Origin: a virus
Lineage: Duplodnaviria; Caudoviricetes
Direction: 5' to 3' (one strand)
Virus record (IMG/VR): IMGVR_UViG_3300042154_002208
Length of the DNA: 64,000 nucleotides
Position 1 is the stretch's first letter. Each line of letters begins with the position of its first letter. Both the position numbers and the translations under genes were made by a program. A model generated the notes under the pieces. It was not told where the DNA came from, ran no database searches, and worked only from the letters and a program-made list of their open reading frames with translations. This document shows positions 1 to 10,929 of the stretch, one piece after another.

Positions 1-663
1 TTAACCAACTGGTTAAACATATCTGCTTCTTCTTACGGATGTATGGCAATTAAAACAGATGGTACATTATGGGGATGGGGCCATAATTCTTATGGTAGAT
101 TGGGGCTAGGTGATACTACAGCTAGAAATAGTCCGGTACAAGTAGGTGCGGGAACTACTTGGGCAACCGTAACTGCAAAGGCTGCGACGGCGGCGGCAAT
201 TAAAACTGATGGTACTCTATGGACCTGGGGATACGGAAATAATGGGCAATTGGGTTTAGGTACTACTACAGCTAGATCTAGTCCAGTACAAGTCGGTTCT
301 TTAACCAATTGGTCAGTGATTCACATTTTAACAAATGGCACTATGCTTGCGGTTAAAACAGATGGAACTTTGTGGGGTTGGGGCAATAGCGGCAATGGTC
401 AACTGGGTTTAGGTGCCGCCCCTGTGTATTATTCAAGTCCGAAGCAAATAGGTGCGCTAACAACATGGAGAAACGTTAGTGGCGCGGCCGCTAATAGTTC
501 TGCAATTAAAACCGATGGTACTGTATGGACCTGGGGAAATAATGCTCAAGGACAACTTGGCCTAAATAATAAGACAAGTTATTCAAGTCCAAAACAAGTT
601 GGCGCATTAACTACTTGGACAGCCATTAGTAGTGCGAGTCACACATTATTAATTTCAAGTTAA
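1..663 (+). CDS. RCC1/BLIP-II repeat beta-propeller protein, 5'-truncated by window edge
   Basis: Frame is open from base 1 ([27 protein letters not shown]...); ~50-aa repeats [22 protein letters not shown]...SSPxQVG. Confidence 0.9.
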   Translation, partial: LTNWLNISASSYGCMAIKTDGTLWGWGHNSYGRLGLGDTTARNSPVQVGAGTTWATVTAKAATAAAIKTDGTLWTWGYGNNGQLGLGTTTARSSPVQVGSLTNWSVIHILTNGTMLAVKTDGTLWGWGNSGNGQLGLGAAPVYYSSPKQIGALTTWRNVSGAAANSSAIKTDGTVWTWGNNAQGQLGLNNKTSYSSPKQVGALTTWTAISSASHTLLISS

Positions 664-670
664 AACAAAA

Positions 671-1786
671 ATGGCAATTACATTCAATGGTATCTCAATC
701 GGATCAGGGGTAGCCCTAACAATTACTCCGCCTCCTCCCCCTCCTCCTCCGCAATACTTGTGGGCATGGGGAAGTGGTGCAGATGGCAGGTTAGGCCTTG
801 GCAGCACTACAAACAGATCTAGTCCGGTACAGGTTGGTGATCTAACCACTTGGTCAAGTGTTGCTGCTCACGAAAAGCACAGCCTGGCAATCAAAACAGA
901 TGGCACGCTATGGGCATGGGGCCGCAATGGCACTGGCGAATTAGGCGATAATACTGGTGTAAATAAATCTAGTCCAGTACAGATTGGCGCATTAACCACC
1001 TGGTTAAATATTGCTGCGGGCAGATACACCAGCTTTGCAATTAAAACCGATGGTACATTGTGGGCCTGGGGCTACAATGCTTATGGCCGATTGGGCCTGG
1101 GCAACCTCACCTATAGATACAGTCCAGTACAAGTAGGAGGCGATTCCAATTGGTCAAGTGTTGCTAGTGGCGTCAATCACACTCATGCAATTAAAACTAC
1201 TGGTACATTATGGGCCTGGGGATACAATGGATATGGCACACTGGGTAATAATAGCAACACTTCGCTAAGCAATCCAGTACAAATTGGCGCATTAACCAAT
1301 TGGTCAAAGATTTCCGTTGCCTTTGTTCACACCCTAGCCGTCAAAACAGATGGCACGCTATGGGCATGGGGCCGCAATACAATTTATGGCACTGACTATG
1401 GCATATTAGGGTTAGGTGACACCAGCGCACCAAACAGTCCAGTACAAGTTGGTGCATTGACAACTTGGTCAAGTGTCAGTGCTGGTTTCTACCACAGCCT
1501 AGCCGTCAAAACAGATGGTACATTATGGTCTTGGGGCGGTAATAGTGGTCTATTGGGGCTCGGTGATACCTCACATAGATCTAGTCCAACTCAAGTTAGC
1601 GCAGGAACTACTTGGTCAAAAATTGATGCAGCTGACAATGCTAGTCTGGCTATAAAAACTGATGGCACATTGTGGGGTACTCTTGGAGCAGTTACACCTA
1701 CTTCAAACAGTCTAGTACAAATTGGGTCGTCAACCAATTGGTCAAATATTGCTGGCGGCAGTTCACACTACCTGGCAATTGGTTAA
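671..1786 (+). CDS. RCC1/BLIP-II repeat 7-bladed propeller protein with N-terminal peptide and poly-Pro linker (putative adhesin)
   Basis: MAITFNGISIGSGVALTIT-PPPPPPPP then 7 x ~50-aa RCC1-like repeats. Confidence 0.9.
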   Translation: MAITFNGISIGSGVALTITPPPPPPPPQYLWAWGSGADGRLGLGSTTNRSSPVQVGDLTTWSSVAAHEKHSLAIKTDGTLWAWGRNGTGELGDNTGVNKSSPVQIGALTTWLNIAAGRYTSFAIKTDGTLWAWGYNAYGRLGLGNLTYRYSPVQVGGDSNWSSVASGVNHTHAIKTTGTLWAWGYNGYGTLGNNSNTSLSNPVQIGALTNWSKISVAFVHTLAVKTDGTLWAWGRNTIYGTDYGILGLGDTSAPNSPVQVGALTTWSSVSAGFYHSLAVKTDGTLWSWGGNSGLLGLGDTSHRSSPTQVSAGTTWSKIDAADNASLAIKTDGTLWGTLGAVTPTSNSLVQIGSSTNWSNIAGGSSHYLAIG

Positions 1787-1793
1787 ATTATCT

Positions 1794-1801
1794 GATAAAT
1801 A
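1794..1801 (+). promoter_or_regulatory. T4-like late promoter variant GATAAATA
   Basis: Intergenic, one mismatch to TATAAATA, followed by AGGAG RBS and ATG 1826. Confidence 0.5.
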
Positions 1802-1825
1802 ACAGTTTAAATAGGAGTTTTTAAA

Positions 1826-2179
1826 ATGAGTCATTTCGCAAAAGTAGAAGACGGCATCGTAACACAAGTTATCGTTGTGGAACAAGATGTAATTGATACT
1901 GGTTTGTTTGGTGATCCCGCAAGCTGGGTACAAACAAGCTATAACACGCATGCAGGTGTTCACATCAATGGTGGTACTCCATTACGCAAAAATTATGCAG
2001 GTATTGGATACACATATGACGCCACACGAGATGCTTTTATTCCACCTAAGTTTTTTCAATCATGGGTATTGGATGAAGCCACTTGCAATTGGAAACCACC
2101 TGTGGAAAGACCAACTGATGGCAAAGATTATGACTGGCACGAAGAAGTTCAAAATTGGGTAGAAGTTTCATTAACGTAA
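1826..2179 (+). CDS. Conserved phage hypothetical protein, tail-fibre associated (possible assembly chaperone)
   Basis: Good RBS (AGGAG); MSHFAKV...LRKNYAGIGYTYDATRDAFIPP motif typical of small proteins next to fibre genes. Confidence 0.7.
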   Translation: MSHFAKVEDGIVTQVIVVEQDVIDTGLFGDPASWVQTSYNTHAGVHINGGTPLRKNYAGIGYTYDATRDAFIPPKFFQSWVLDEATCNWKPPVERPTDGKDYDWHEEVQNWVEVSLT

Positions 2180-2191
2180 AACGAGACAAAA

Positions 2192-2521
2192 ATGGCGATA
2201 ACATATAAAGTATTGGGACAGATCAGTCCTTCAGCAGGTACAGCAAATACACTGTATACTGTTCCGTCGGGCACAAGCGCAGTCACTTCTACAATATCAG
2301 TTTGTAATCAAAATGCCAGTGCAGCAGCATATCGCATTGCAGTAAGACCTGCAGGTGAAACGCTGGCAAACAAACATTATATTGCCTTTGATGCAACCGT
2401 TCCTGCTTTGGATTCAATATCGCTAACAATCGGTGTAACATTGGCTGCCACAGACGTGGTAACAGTATATGCAAATACCACAAATATTAGTTTTAATCTG
2501 TTCGGCACTGAGGTTACCTAA
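2192..2521 (+). CDS. Small beta-rich virion/tail-associated protein
   Basis: 109 aa, Thr/Ala/Val-rich beta-sandwich-like, coupled (TAATG overlap) to a glycine-rich gene. Confidence 0.65.
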   Translation: MAITYKVLGQISPSAGTANTLYTVPSGTSAVTSTISVCNQNASAAAYRIAVRPAGETLANKHYIAFDATVPALDSISLTIGVTLAATDVVTVYANTTNISFNLFGTEVT

Positions 2522-3552
2522 TGACCTTACGGAAGTATAGTGCTGCAAAAGTTAGTACTACACAAAAGTTTTCTGCATCTGCGAACAATTTTCGTGCCGT
2601 TGCAAGAAAAAAAGTCAGTGTTAATATATTAGTTGCTGGGGAAGTTCCTCGCGCACCGTCTACTGTAGAATACTTAGTTGTTGCTGGGGGCGGTGGCGGG
2701 GGTTATAACGGAGCGGGCGGTGCGGGTGGATATAGAACTGCTACGGGATTTTCAGTTACGCCTGGAGCAAATATCGCAGTTACTGTTGGCGCAGGCGGTA
2801 GTGGAAGCTCTGCGGCTAGCGCGTCGAATGGGGGTTCTGGTTCTAATTCTGTATTTGGAAGCATTACTTCAACCGGCGGTGGCCGCGGTAATGGTGGTGG
2901 CGATTTAGGCCCAGGGGGCTCAGGTGGTTCGGGTGGCGGTAACAGCTATGGTGCATCAAGAAATGTTGCCTCTACCGGAGGTAGTGGAAATACTCCTTCA
3001 ACCTCACCTTCGCAAGGAAATAACGGGGGAGGTGGATTAAATGGTGCTACCAATGGTGCCGGTGGAGGCGGTGGCGGATCTAGTGCTGTTGGTGGAACCG
3101 CAGGTCCAGTTTCTAATTCGCCATCCGCCGGAGCAGGAGGAGTAGGAACTTCTAGTTCTATCTCAGGTACCGCCATTTTTTATGCTGGCGGTGGAGGTGG
3201 TGGCGCATATGTTGCCTCTAATGCCGCAAATGGTGGTGCCGGCGGTGGAGGTGGCGGCGGATCTCAGTCTGGAACCCAAGGCACAGGTGGCTCAAATGGC
3301 GGCGCTAATGGCACGAGTGGAGAAGGTGGAGCCGGCGGTATTAATTCAGGAGGAGGTGGAGGAGGTGGCCCGTATAACAGTTCCATCTCCGGGGGGTATA
3401 GACCTGGCGGCGCTGGAGGCTCAGGTATCGTAATCATTCGGTATGCCGATACATCAACAGCCGCAACAGCAACAACAGGTTCACCTAACGTAATAGTATC
3501 CGGTGGCTATAGAATATATAAATGGACCAGCTCAGGGTCCATTACGTTTTAA
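2521..3552 (+). CDS. Glycine-rich domain tail/adhesin protein
   Basis: VEYLVVAGGGGGG ... AGGGGGG ... GGSGIVIIRY motifs of phage glycine-rich domain proteins. Confidence 0.8.
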   Translation: MTLRKYSAAKVSTTQKFSASANNFRAVARKKVSVNILVAGEVPRAPSTVEYLVVAGGGGGGYNGAGGAGGYRTATGFSVTPGANIAVTVGAGGSGSSAASASNGGSGSNSVFGSITSTGGGRGNGGGDLGPGGSGGSGGGNSYGASRNVASTGGSGNTPSTSPSQGNNGGGGLNGATNGAGGGGGGSSAVGGTAGPVSNSPSAGAGGVGTSSSISGTAIFYAGGGGGGAYVASNAANGGAGGGGGGGSQSGTQGTGGSNGGANGTSGEGGAGGINSGGGGGGGPYNSSISGGYRPGGAGGSGIVIIRYADTSTAATATTGSPNVIVSGGYRIYKWTSSGSITF

Positions 3553-3569
3553 GTAGAATAATCGTTGGC

Positions 3570-3577
3570 AATAAATA
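3570..3577 (+). promoter_or_regulatory. T4-like late promoter variant (GGC)AATAAATA
   Basis: Intergenic, 29 nt upstream of the fibre gene ATG; same GCAATAAATA context at 26265 and 27091. Confidence 0.55.
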
Positions 3578-3605
3578 TAGTAGATAACAATAAAAAGGTC
3601 AAGAG

Positions 3606-6600
3606 ATGGCTCGCAAAATAGATGTAAGTTTAATCAGTGGAAATGGAGGAAGTAACGGCCAATTGCTGGGTGCCAACACCGGCAATGTTTCCTTCCAAAG
3701 TATATTTACCGGCAATGTTATTGAATCGGGAAACACCAGTTCTGGCAATGTATATTTCAGTAATGCCAGAGCAATCGGCGCTCTTGTTGCTGGCGATAAT
3801 ATCTCTATTGCAGCAAATGGTCTTATTTCAGCAAACCTGTCTGCGGTAAGCGTTTCATCTGTTACTGGTAACTTGAATGTTAGCGGCAATGTAATTGCCA
3901 ATGGTTTCGTTTCCACAAGTGCTTCTGCTGGCTTAATTTCATCCTCTGGCAACATCACCATGACTGCTGCGGGTGCAGTCAATATTAACTCTACAAATGT
4001 TATCGCAAGCGGCAATGTAATTGCCAACACTTTCATATCAACCGGCCCAGGATCGGGATTATTATCATCTACAGGCAACGTATCAATATCCGCAACCGGC
4101 GTCGTTACTTTAACTGGATCAAGTATTGTTGTTAACGGACCTTTAACAGCAAATAGTTATTCGGGAATTTTTACTGCAAACGTAACAGAATCTGCAAGTA
4201 ATCTTTACTTTACCAATGCCAGAGTTTTTGCCAATGTGGTATCATTATTGGCTGCCAAGGCCAATGTTGTAGACTTAACAACTGCCAATGTTGCGGAATT
4301 AAACAATCTATACTATACAAATGCCAGAGTAGCATCCAATGTTATTGCATTGATGCCGTCATTACAGGGCAATAACATTATTATCGCTGCTAATGGTCAA
4401 ATCTCTGCTAATTTGACAGGGGTTTCCGTCAATGTTAATAATATCACAGGCAATCTAAATGTTACTGGCAATGTAATTGCAAATGGATTTATATCGGCAA
4501 GCGCATCTGCTGGGTTGATTACATCTACTGGAAACATTACAATGACTGCCGCAGGTGCAGTCAATATCAATTCTACTAATGTTATTGCATCAGGTAATTT
4601 AATTGCAAATACATTTATATCAGTAGGTACAGGCTCTGCTACATTATCTTCTACGGGCAATGTTGGTATTACGGGTGCGGGTAATATTACATTAAATTCA
4701 GGCAATGTTATTGCATCTGGTAATGTAATCGCAACAAAATTCTTTGGTGATGGTTCTTCTCTAACGGGAGTAGGTGCATCATCATTCTCAGGCAATACAA
4801 ATGGTATTACTGAAGGTACAAACAATCTATTCTATACAAATGCCAGAGTTAATGCTCAAGTTGAATCTAATTTAGCTTTAAAAGCCAATGTAGTTGATTT
4901 AACAACTGCTAATATTAGTGAATTAAACAATTTATATTATACAAATGCCAGAGTAGTATCAAATGTTATTGCATATTTGGCAGCAAATCCTGCAATTAGC
5001 ACATACGGTAACGCCAATGTTGGTGCGTTTCTAACAACATACACCGGTAATATTACTGCAGGCAATGTTATTGCCAATACAATTATTTCACCTACAGCAA
5101 TAGCTGCAACAATAACATCAACAGGTAATTTGAATATTACTGCGTTAGGTGCAATTAATTTGACATCTCCGAATGTTATTGCATCGGGCAATATTGTTGC
5201 TAATAACATTATAACAGGCAGTGGTTCCGGTGGTTCGTTTACAGGCGCCAATTTAATTAGTGCGGGTAATATTTCTGCAACAACTTGGTTGAATCTATAC
5301 ACGGCCAACGTAATTGAATCCGACAATAGCATTTTCTATACCAATGCCAGAGTTTTATCGAATATTACTGCTTACCTTGCGGCAAATCCGGTAAGTGGTA
5401 GTTTTAGTAACGCCAATGTTGCATCATTCCTATCAACATACACCGGCAATCTTGCTGCAGGTAATTTAATATTGACAGGTGGAATAATAGATAATGTTGG
5501 TGTATTGACAATTGCAACCACTTCAAATTCCAACATAGAATTATCTGCGGCAGGTAATGGCAGAATTTTATTAGATGGGCAGGCTTGGCCACATACCGAT
5601 GGCATTAATGGTTATGTACTACAAACAAATGGTACAGGCAACTTATTTTGGGGAGCACCAGCATCATCATTTGCCAATGCCAATGTTGGTGCATTTTTAG
5701 CAACATATACTGGCAATATCAGTGCAGGTAATGTAATTGCAAATACAATTCTATCGCCCACTGCAATAGCGGCAACAATAACATCTACTGGCAATTTGAA
5801 TATTACTGCGGCAGGTGCAATTAATTTAACAACAACCAATGTGTTGGTGTCAGGCAATATTGTAGCAAATACATTTATTGCAACCGGCTCAGGCTCTGCA
5901 GAACTTACATCCACAAGCAATATATTATTAAGCGCAGCTGGTAATTTAAACTTAACATCTTCAAATGTATTTGTTAATGGCAATTTGGTATTACAAGGTG
6001 CTCTGTCAGGTTTAACTTTAACAACATCAAGCATTGCTGAAGGTTCAAACTTATATTATACCAATGCAAGAGTAGTATCCAATGTTATTGCATATTTAGC
6101 AGCAAATCCTGCGACTGTTAGTTTTGGCAATGCCAATGTGAGTTCTTTCTTAACAACTTATACTGGCAATCTAAGTGCCGGCAATGTTATTGCCAATAGC
6201 TTTGTTTCTCCAACAGCAACATCTGCCACATTAACATCAACAGGTAATTTGAATATTACTGCGGCCGGAACAATTAATTTAACAACACCAAACGTATTGG
6301 TGTCAGGTAATGTTGTAGCAAATAATTTTATATCGACCGGTGCAGGCTCAGGCGAAGTTGCATCCACAAGTAACTTGTTATTAAGTGCAGCCGGTAATCT
6401 TAACTTAACATCATCGAATGTTTTTGTTAACGGCAATTTAGTACTAAGAGGCGGAATAACTGGATTAACACTAACAACATCAAGCATTGCCGAAGGTTCA
6501 AACTTATATTATACCAATGCTCGAGTATTATCAAATATTGAAGCGGCATTGCCAACATACACTGGTAACATTGCTGCAGGTAACTTAATTTTAACCGGCG

Positions 6601-9236
6601 GCATAATAGACAACGTGGGTGTTCTATCTATATCAACTACCGGAAATTCCAACATAGAATTGGTTGCAAACGGCACAGGTAGGATCTTGCTAGATGGACA
6701 GTCATGGCCGCATACTGATGGAGAGACCGGGTATGTGTTACAGACAAATGGCACAGGCAATTTATTCTGGGCTGCTCCCACAGCATCTTCATCATTTAGT
6801 AACGCCAATGTAAGCTCATTCCTAACAACATACACCGGCAACATTAGTGCCGGCAATGTTATTGCTAATAGTTTCGTGTCGCCAACGGCAACATCTGCTA
6901 CATTGACATCTACAGGTAATTTGAATATTACTGCGGCTGGTACAATCAATTTAACCACGCCTAACGTATTGGTATCAGGCAATATTGTTGCAAATACATT
7001 TATATCCGCTGGTGCAGGCTCAGGAGAAATAGTATCCACAAGTAATTTATTATTAAGTGCAGCCGGTAATTTGAACTTAACTGCTCCAAATATTTTTGTT
7101 AATGGTAATCTGGTATTAACAGGTGGAATAACAGGGTTAACTCTAACGACCTCTAGTATTGCTGAAGGCTCAAACTTATATTACACCAATGCAAGAGTTC
7201 ACTCTAATGTTATTGGAATACTATCATCTTATGCATTAACCGCTAATTTAAATACTGCAAATGTAAATGAAAATGCCGCAAGTGGCAATTTGTACTATAC
7301 CAATGCCAGAGTAGTATCAAATGTTATCGCTTATCTTGCGGCAAATCCTGCAAGTGGTAGTTATGGTAACGCAAATGTTGGTGCATTCCTAACAACATAT
7401 ACTGGCAATATTAATGCAGGCAATGTTATTGCTAACACGGTCATTTCACCGTTTGCAACATCTGGAACATTAAATTCCACAGGTAATTTAAACATTGTTT
7501 CCGGTGACACAATTAATTTAACCGCAAATACTGTTCTTGCATCTGGCAATATTGTTGCCAACACATTCATTGCTACTGGAACCGGTTCCGCAGAACTTTC
7601 AACTTCAAGCAATTTATTATTAAGCGCGACCGGCAATTTGAACCTAGCTGGCGGTAATATCTTTGTCAATAGCCCTATAACATTCAGAGGAACGGTTACC
7701 GGTATTGCAAGTGCATCGGTTACACAGGCCAATTTAACTACTGCAAATGTAAATGAAATTGCTTCAAGCGGCAATTTATACTATACAAATGCAAGAGTTT
7801 ACTCTAATGTTATTAGCATTTTAGGTACTGCTGGATATGCACTAACCGCTAATTTAACAACGGCAAATGTAACAGAACTTGCTGCAACCGGTGGGTTGTA
7901 TTACACGAATGCAAGAGTATTATCAAATGTTACTGCGTACCTTGCAGCAAACCCACAAGGCGGTACATATGGTAATGCCAATGTTGCAGCATATCTATTA
8001 ACAAATCCTACAAGCGGAAGTTATAGTAATGCAAATGTGAGTGCATTCCTAACAACATACACTGGTAACATTAGTGCCGGTAATGTTATTGCAAATACAA
8101 TTCTTTCGCCTACTGCGACATCTGGAACATTAAATTCCACAGGTAATTTGAACATTATTGCTCAAAATAATACCATTAATTTAACAGCTTCAAATGTTCT
8201 AGCTTCCGGCAATGTTATTGCAAATACATTTATTGCAACTGGATCAGGTTCAGCAGAATTATCGACATCTAGTAACTTATTGTTGAGTGCCACAGGTAAT
8301 TTGAACTTAGCTGGTGGCAACATTTATGTCAATAGCCCAATAACATTCAGAGGAACTGTTACTGGTATATCAGCCGGCGGGTCAGTTACACAGGCTAATT
8401 TAACAACGGCCAATGTTGCAGAACTTGCTTCAAGTGGTAACTTATATTATACAAACGCAAGAGTTTACTCTAATGTTATTGGTTTATTAAGTACATATTT
8501 GTCCGCTGCTAGTTTAGCAACTTATACTGGCAACATTGGCGCCGGCAACGTAATCGCAAACGCATTCTATGCCAATGGTACAGGTGTAGCTGGCGGAACA
8601 ATTTTCTCCGCAGGTAATGTTAATATTACATCTGGTGGAAATATTATTCTGGCAACAGGTGCCAATTCATCTATTGTGGCATTGAGTTCTGGCACTACTG
8701 CAGGAATTATTAATGGATTTGGTAATTTAACAATATCAACATCCGGTAATATTTTCTTATCTCCAGAATCAGGCGGCAAAATTTATGCTTCGACTCCTGT
8801 AAGATTTGCAAATTATTCTAATGTAATTAGCGGTGTTTCAGGGCCGTTAACAGGTGATACTGCATATAATATATTATCTAATACTCTTTCATATTACAAT
8901 AGTACAGGATGGAATAAAGTAGGTTATCTAAATGTTCCGCAATCTGGCGCAGATAAAACTAGTGCATATACATTGGTAGCATCTGATGTTGGTAAGTTTA
9001 TTAGTATTGGCACAAGCGGAAGCATTGTTATTCCAGACGCAGTATTTGCTGCAGGGGATGCGATATCAATCTTTAATAACACAGGTACTGCAGCTACATT
9101 AACTTGTTCTATCACTACTGCGTATATAAGCGGCACAGATACAGACAAAGCAACTGTAACATTGGCAACCAGAGGAGTTGCAAGTATATTGTTTATTAGC
9201 GGAACAGTTTGTGTTATAACTGGTAGCGTATCATGA
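3606..9236 (+). CDS. Long repetitive tail fibre protein (1876 aa)
   Basis: Asn/Thr/Gly/Ala-rich with GNI/GNV beta repeats, 13 copies of the (L/V/I)(Y/F)(Y/F)(T/S)NAR motif, duplicated internal modules and a distinct C-terminal tip domain. Confidence 0.85.
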   Translation: MARKIDVSLISGNGGSNGQLLGANTGNVSFQSIFTGNVIESGNTSSGNVYFSNARAIGALVAGDNISIAANGLISANLSAVSVSSVTGNLNVSGNVIANGFVSTSASAGLISSSGNITMTAAGAVNINSTNVIASGNVIANTFISTGPGSGLLSSTGNVSISATGVVTLTGSSIVVNGPLTANSYSGIFTANVTESASNLYFTNARVFANVVSLLAAKANVVDLTTANVAELNNLYYTNARVASNVIALMPSLQGNNIIIAANGQISANLTGVSVNVNNITGNLNVTGNVIANGFISASASAGLITSTGNITMTAAGAVNINSTNVIASGNLIANTFISVGTGSATLSSTGNVGITGAGNITLNSGNVIASGNVIATKFFGDGSSLTGVGASSFSGNTNGITEGTNNLFYTNARVNAQVESNLALKANVVDLTTANISELNNLYYTNARVVSNVIAYLAANPAISTYGNANVGAFLTTYTGNITAGNVIANTIISPTAIAATITSTGNLNITALGAINLTSPNVIASGNIVANNIITGSGSGGSFTGANLISAGNISATTWLNLYTANVIESDNSIFYTNARVLSNITAYLAANPVSGSFSNANVASFLSTYTGNLAAGNLILTGGIIDNVGVLTIATTSNSNIELSAAGNGRILLDGQAWPHTDGINGYVLQTNGTGNLFWGAPASSFANANVGAFLATYTGNISAGNVIANTILSPTAIAATITSTGNLNITAAGAINLTTTNVLVSGNIVANTFIATGSGSAELTSTSNILLSAAGNLNLTSSNVFVNGNLVLQGALSGLTLTTSSIAEGSNLYYTNARVVSNVIAYLAANPATVSFGNANVSSFLTTYTGNLSAGNVIANSFVSPTATSATLTSTGNLNITAAGTINLTTPNVLVSGNVVANNFISTGAGSGEVASTSNLLLSAAGNLNLTSSNVFVNGNLVLRGGITGLTLTTSSIAEGSNLYYTNARVLSNIEAALPTYTGNIAAGNLILTGGIIDNVGVLSISTTGNSNIELVANGTGRILLDGQSWPHTDGETGYVLQTNGTGNLFWAAPTASSSFSNANVSSFLTTYTGNISAGNVIANSFVSPTATSATLTSTGNLNITAAGTINLTTPNVLVSGNIVANTFISAGAGSGEIVSTSNLLLSAAGNLNLTAPNIFVNGNLVLTGGITGLTLTTSSIAEGSNLYYTNARVHSNVIGILSSYALTANLNTANVNENAASGNLYYTNARVVSNVIAYLAANPASGSYGNANVGAFLTTYTGNINAGNVIANTVISPFATSGTLNSTGNLNIVSGDTINLTANTVLASGNIVANTFIATGTGSAELSTSSNLLLSATGNLNLAGGNIFVNSPITFRGTVTGIASASVTQANLTTANVNEIASSGNLYYTNARVYSNVISILGTAGYALTANLTTANVTELAATGGLYYTNARVLSNVTAYLAANPQGGTYGNANVAAYLLTNPTSGSYSNANVSAFLTTYTGNISAGNVIANTILSPTATSGTLNSTGNLNIIAQNNTINLTASNVLASGNVIANTFIATGSGSAELSTSSNLLLSATGNLNLAGGNIYVNSPITFRGTVTGISAGGSVTQANLTTANVAELASSGNLYYTNARVYSNVIGLLSTYLSAASLATYTGNIGAGNVIANAFYANGTGVAGGTIFSAGNVNITSGGNIILATGANSSIVALSSGTTAGIINGFGNLTISTSGNIFLSPESGGKIYASTPVRFANYSNVISGVSGPLTGDTAYNILSNTLSYYNSTGWNKVGYLNVPQSGADKTSAYTLVASDVGKFISIGTSGSIVIPDAVFAAGDAISIFNNTGTAATLTCSITTAYISGTDTDKATVTLATRGVASILFISGTVCVITGSVS

Positions 9237-10354
9237 GTGGTATAATGAACATGGTAGTGGGCTCTTCATTTGGCCCACCAATTCCAGTATATGCTTTGTA
9301 TGGAACTGGTCGAAACACTGATGGTCAGCTTGGTTTCGGCAATACTTCATCTCCGTATGTAAATTTTACGCAAAGTGGTTCGAGTACTGATTGGTCGGAA
9401 ATCGAGGCCACCTTTTATAGTGCAAATGCAATTAAAACCGATGGTACCATGTGGGCATGGGGATATAATGGTTATTATCAATTAGGCTTAGGCGATAGTA
9501 CAAACAGATCTAGCCCTGTTCAAATTGGATCTAGTACAAATTGGGCAAAAATTAAAGGTGGGGGAGAATTTAGACTTGCCCTCACAACCAACGGTTCTCT
9601 GTGGTCTTGGGGAAAAAATTCATATGGACAGGGCGGCAGGGGAATTACCTATATTGAGGCCGTCCCAGGTCAAGTTGGAGCGTTAACTAATTGGTCAAAA
9701 ATAGCAACCGGCGCATTCACTTCAACATCAATTAAAACAGATGGCACATTGTGGGCATGGGGAAGAAATGCATACGGTGAAATAGGTAATGGTAATACTT
9801 CAAATTATTCTAGCCCAATACAAATAGGTACATTAAATAATTGGTCCAATGTTACTGCCGGATTTTCATTTGTTGCATCGATTAAAACTGATGGTACACT
9901 TTGGGTATGGGGCAGAAATTACAAAGGGGGATTGGGGTTAGGTGATACTACAAATAGATCTAGTCCAGTACAGGTTGGCGCAGGAAACAATTGGTATTCA
10001 ATTGGTGCAGCCAGAGACTCAACCTATGGAATTAAAACCGATGGTACATTATGGGCGTGGGGTCAAAATTATGCGGGCGCACTGGGGCTCGGGGATACTA
10101 CAAATAGATCTAGTCCAGTACAGGTTGGCGCATTAACTAATTGGTCAAAAATTGATGGCAGTACTGGGGGATATCATGTTGCAGCTATTAAAACTGATGG
10201 CACCCTGTGGACATGGGGATACAATCTTTATGGACAATTAGGCCTAGGGTCGTCGGGCAATTATGCTAAAAGATCCAGTCCTGTGCAAGTTGGCTCTTTG
10301 ACCAATTGGTTAGCTGTTAGTGCAGGATATAATCATACCTTGGCATTAGGATAA
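9233..10354 (+). CDS. RCC1/BLIP-II repeat propeller protein translationally coupled to the fibre gene (putative tip adhesin)
   Basis: ATGA overlap with the fibre stop; MSGIMNMVVGSSFGPPIP then 7 RCC1-like repeats. Confidence 0.9.
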   Translation: MSGIMNMVVGSSFGPPIPVYALYGTGRNTDGQLGFGNTSSPYVNFTQSGSSTDWSEIEATFYSANAIKTDGTMWAWGYNGYYQLGLGDSTNRSSPVQIGSSTNWAKIKGGGEFRLALTTNGSLWSWGKNSYGQGGRGITYIEAVPGQVGALTNWSKIATGAFTSTSIKTDGTLWAWGRNAYGEIGNGNTSNYSSPIQIGTLNNWSNVTAGFSFVASIKTDGTLWVWGRNYKGGLGLGDTTNRSSPVQVGAGNNWYSIGAARDSTYGIKTDGTLWAWGQNYAGALGLGDTTNRSSPVQVGALTNWSKIDGSTGGYHVAAIKTDGTLWTWGYNLYGQLGLGSSGNYAKRSSPVQVGSLTNWLAVSAGYNHTLALG

Positions 10355-10383
10355 TATACATTTTTAAGGTATTGTACTGAGGT

Positions 10384-10391
10384 GATAAATA
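10384..10391 (+). promoter_or_regulatory. T4-like late promoter variant GATAAATA
   Basis: AT-rich intergenic region upstream of the modification cluster. Confidence 0.45.
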
Positions 10392-10425
10392 ATATATAAT
10401 TAAATTATAATGGGAAGATGTTAGT

Positions 10426-10917
10426 ATGGCATTAATTAAAACGATGACGGTTGATGAATTTTATAATAACGAAAGTGCAACCAATTTATACAATGTAGTT
10501 AGAGGTTTACCATTTCAACCAACTGAGTTTGGTAAAGAAATATTAAATTTCAATCACATTCCTGCAGACGCAGATAACCTATTCTCAGCTGTACTCGGTA
10601 AAGATGTTACAGTAGATAGAGAAAAATCAGGTGTTTTTAGATTTCCTGAACTACTTATACACTTTGAAGGATTTGATTCTTTAAAGGAATGGTTATTTGT
10701 AGTTGCAATAGATCAATCTACATTTAACATCTTTGAACACAAATCCGGCGCATTAACTGCATTAGACGGATACCAACACAATTATAGAAATTTATTCGAA
10801 TGGGATCTGATGGTTAACTATCAGTTAAAACCCGGGCAAGCTGTATTTTTCAGACCTTGGTTATTTCATTCATTTGATAGTGGCATTGTGCAAATTTTTA
10901 GATTAATAGAAAAGTAA
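10426..10917 (+). CDS. 2OG-Fe(II) oxygenase-like protein (DUF6445-like)
   Basis: IHFE...AVFFRPWLFHS; resembles the 14832 paralogue (HFD...LFRPWLWHH). Confidence 0.6.
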   Translation: MALIKTMTVDEFYNNESATNLYNVVRGLPFQPTEFGKEILNFNHIPADADNLFSAVLGKDVTVDREKSGVFRFPELLIHFEGFDSLKEWLFVVAIDQSTFNIFEHKSGALTALDGYQHNYRNLFEWDLMVNYQLKPGQAVFFRPWLFHSFDSGIVQIFRLIEK

Positions 10918-10929
10918 ATTGGAAATATT

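Noticed and set aside
3599-9148. Numerous minus-strand ORFs opposite the fibre and propeller genes
   Set aside because: Shadow ORFs caused by repetitive, biased codon use; no RBS or promoter support.
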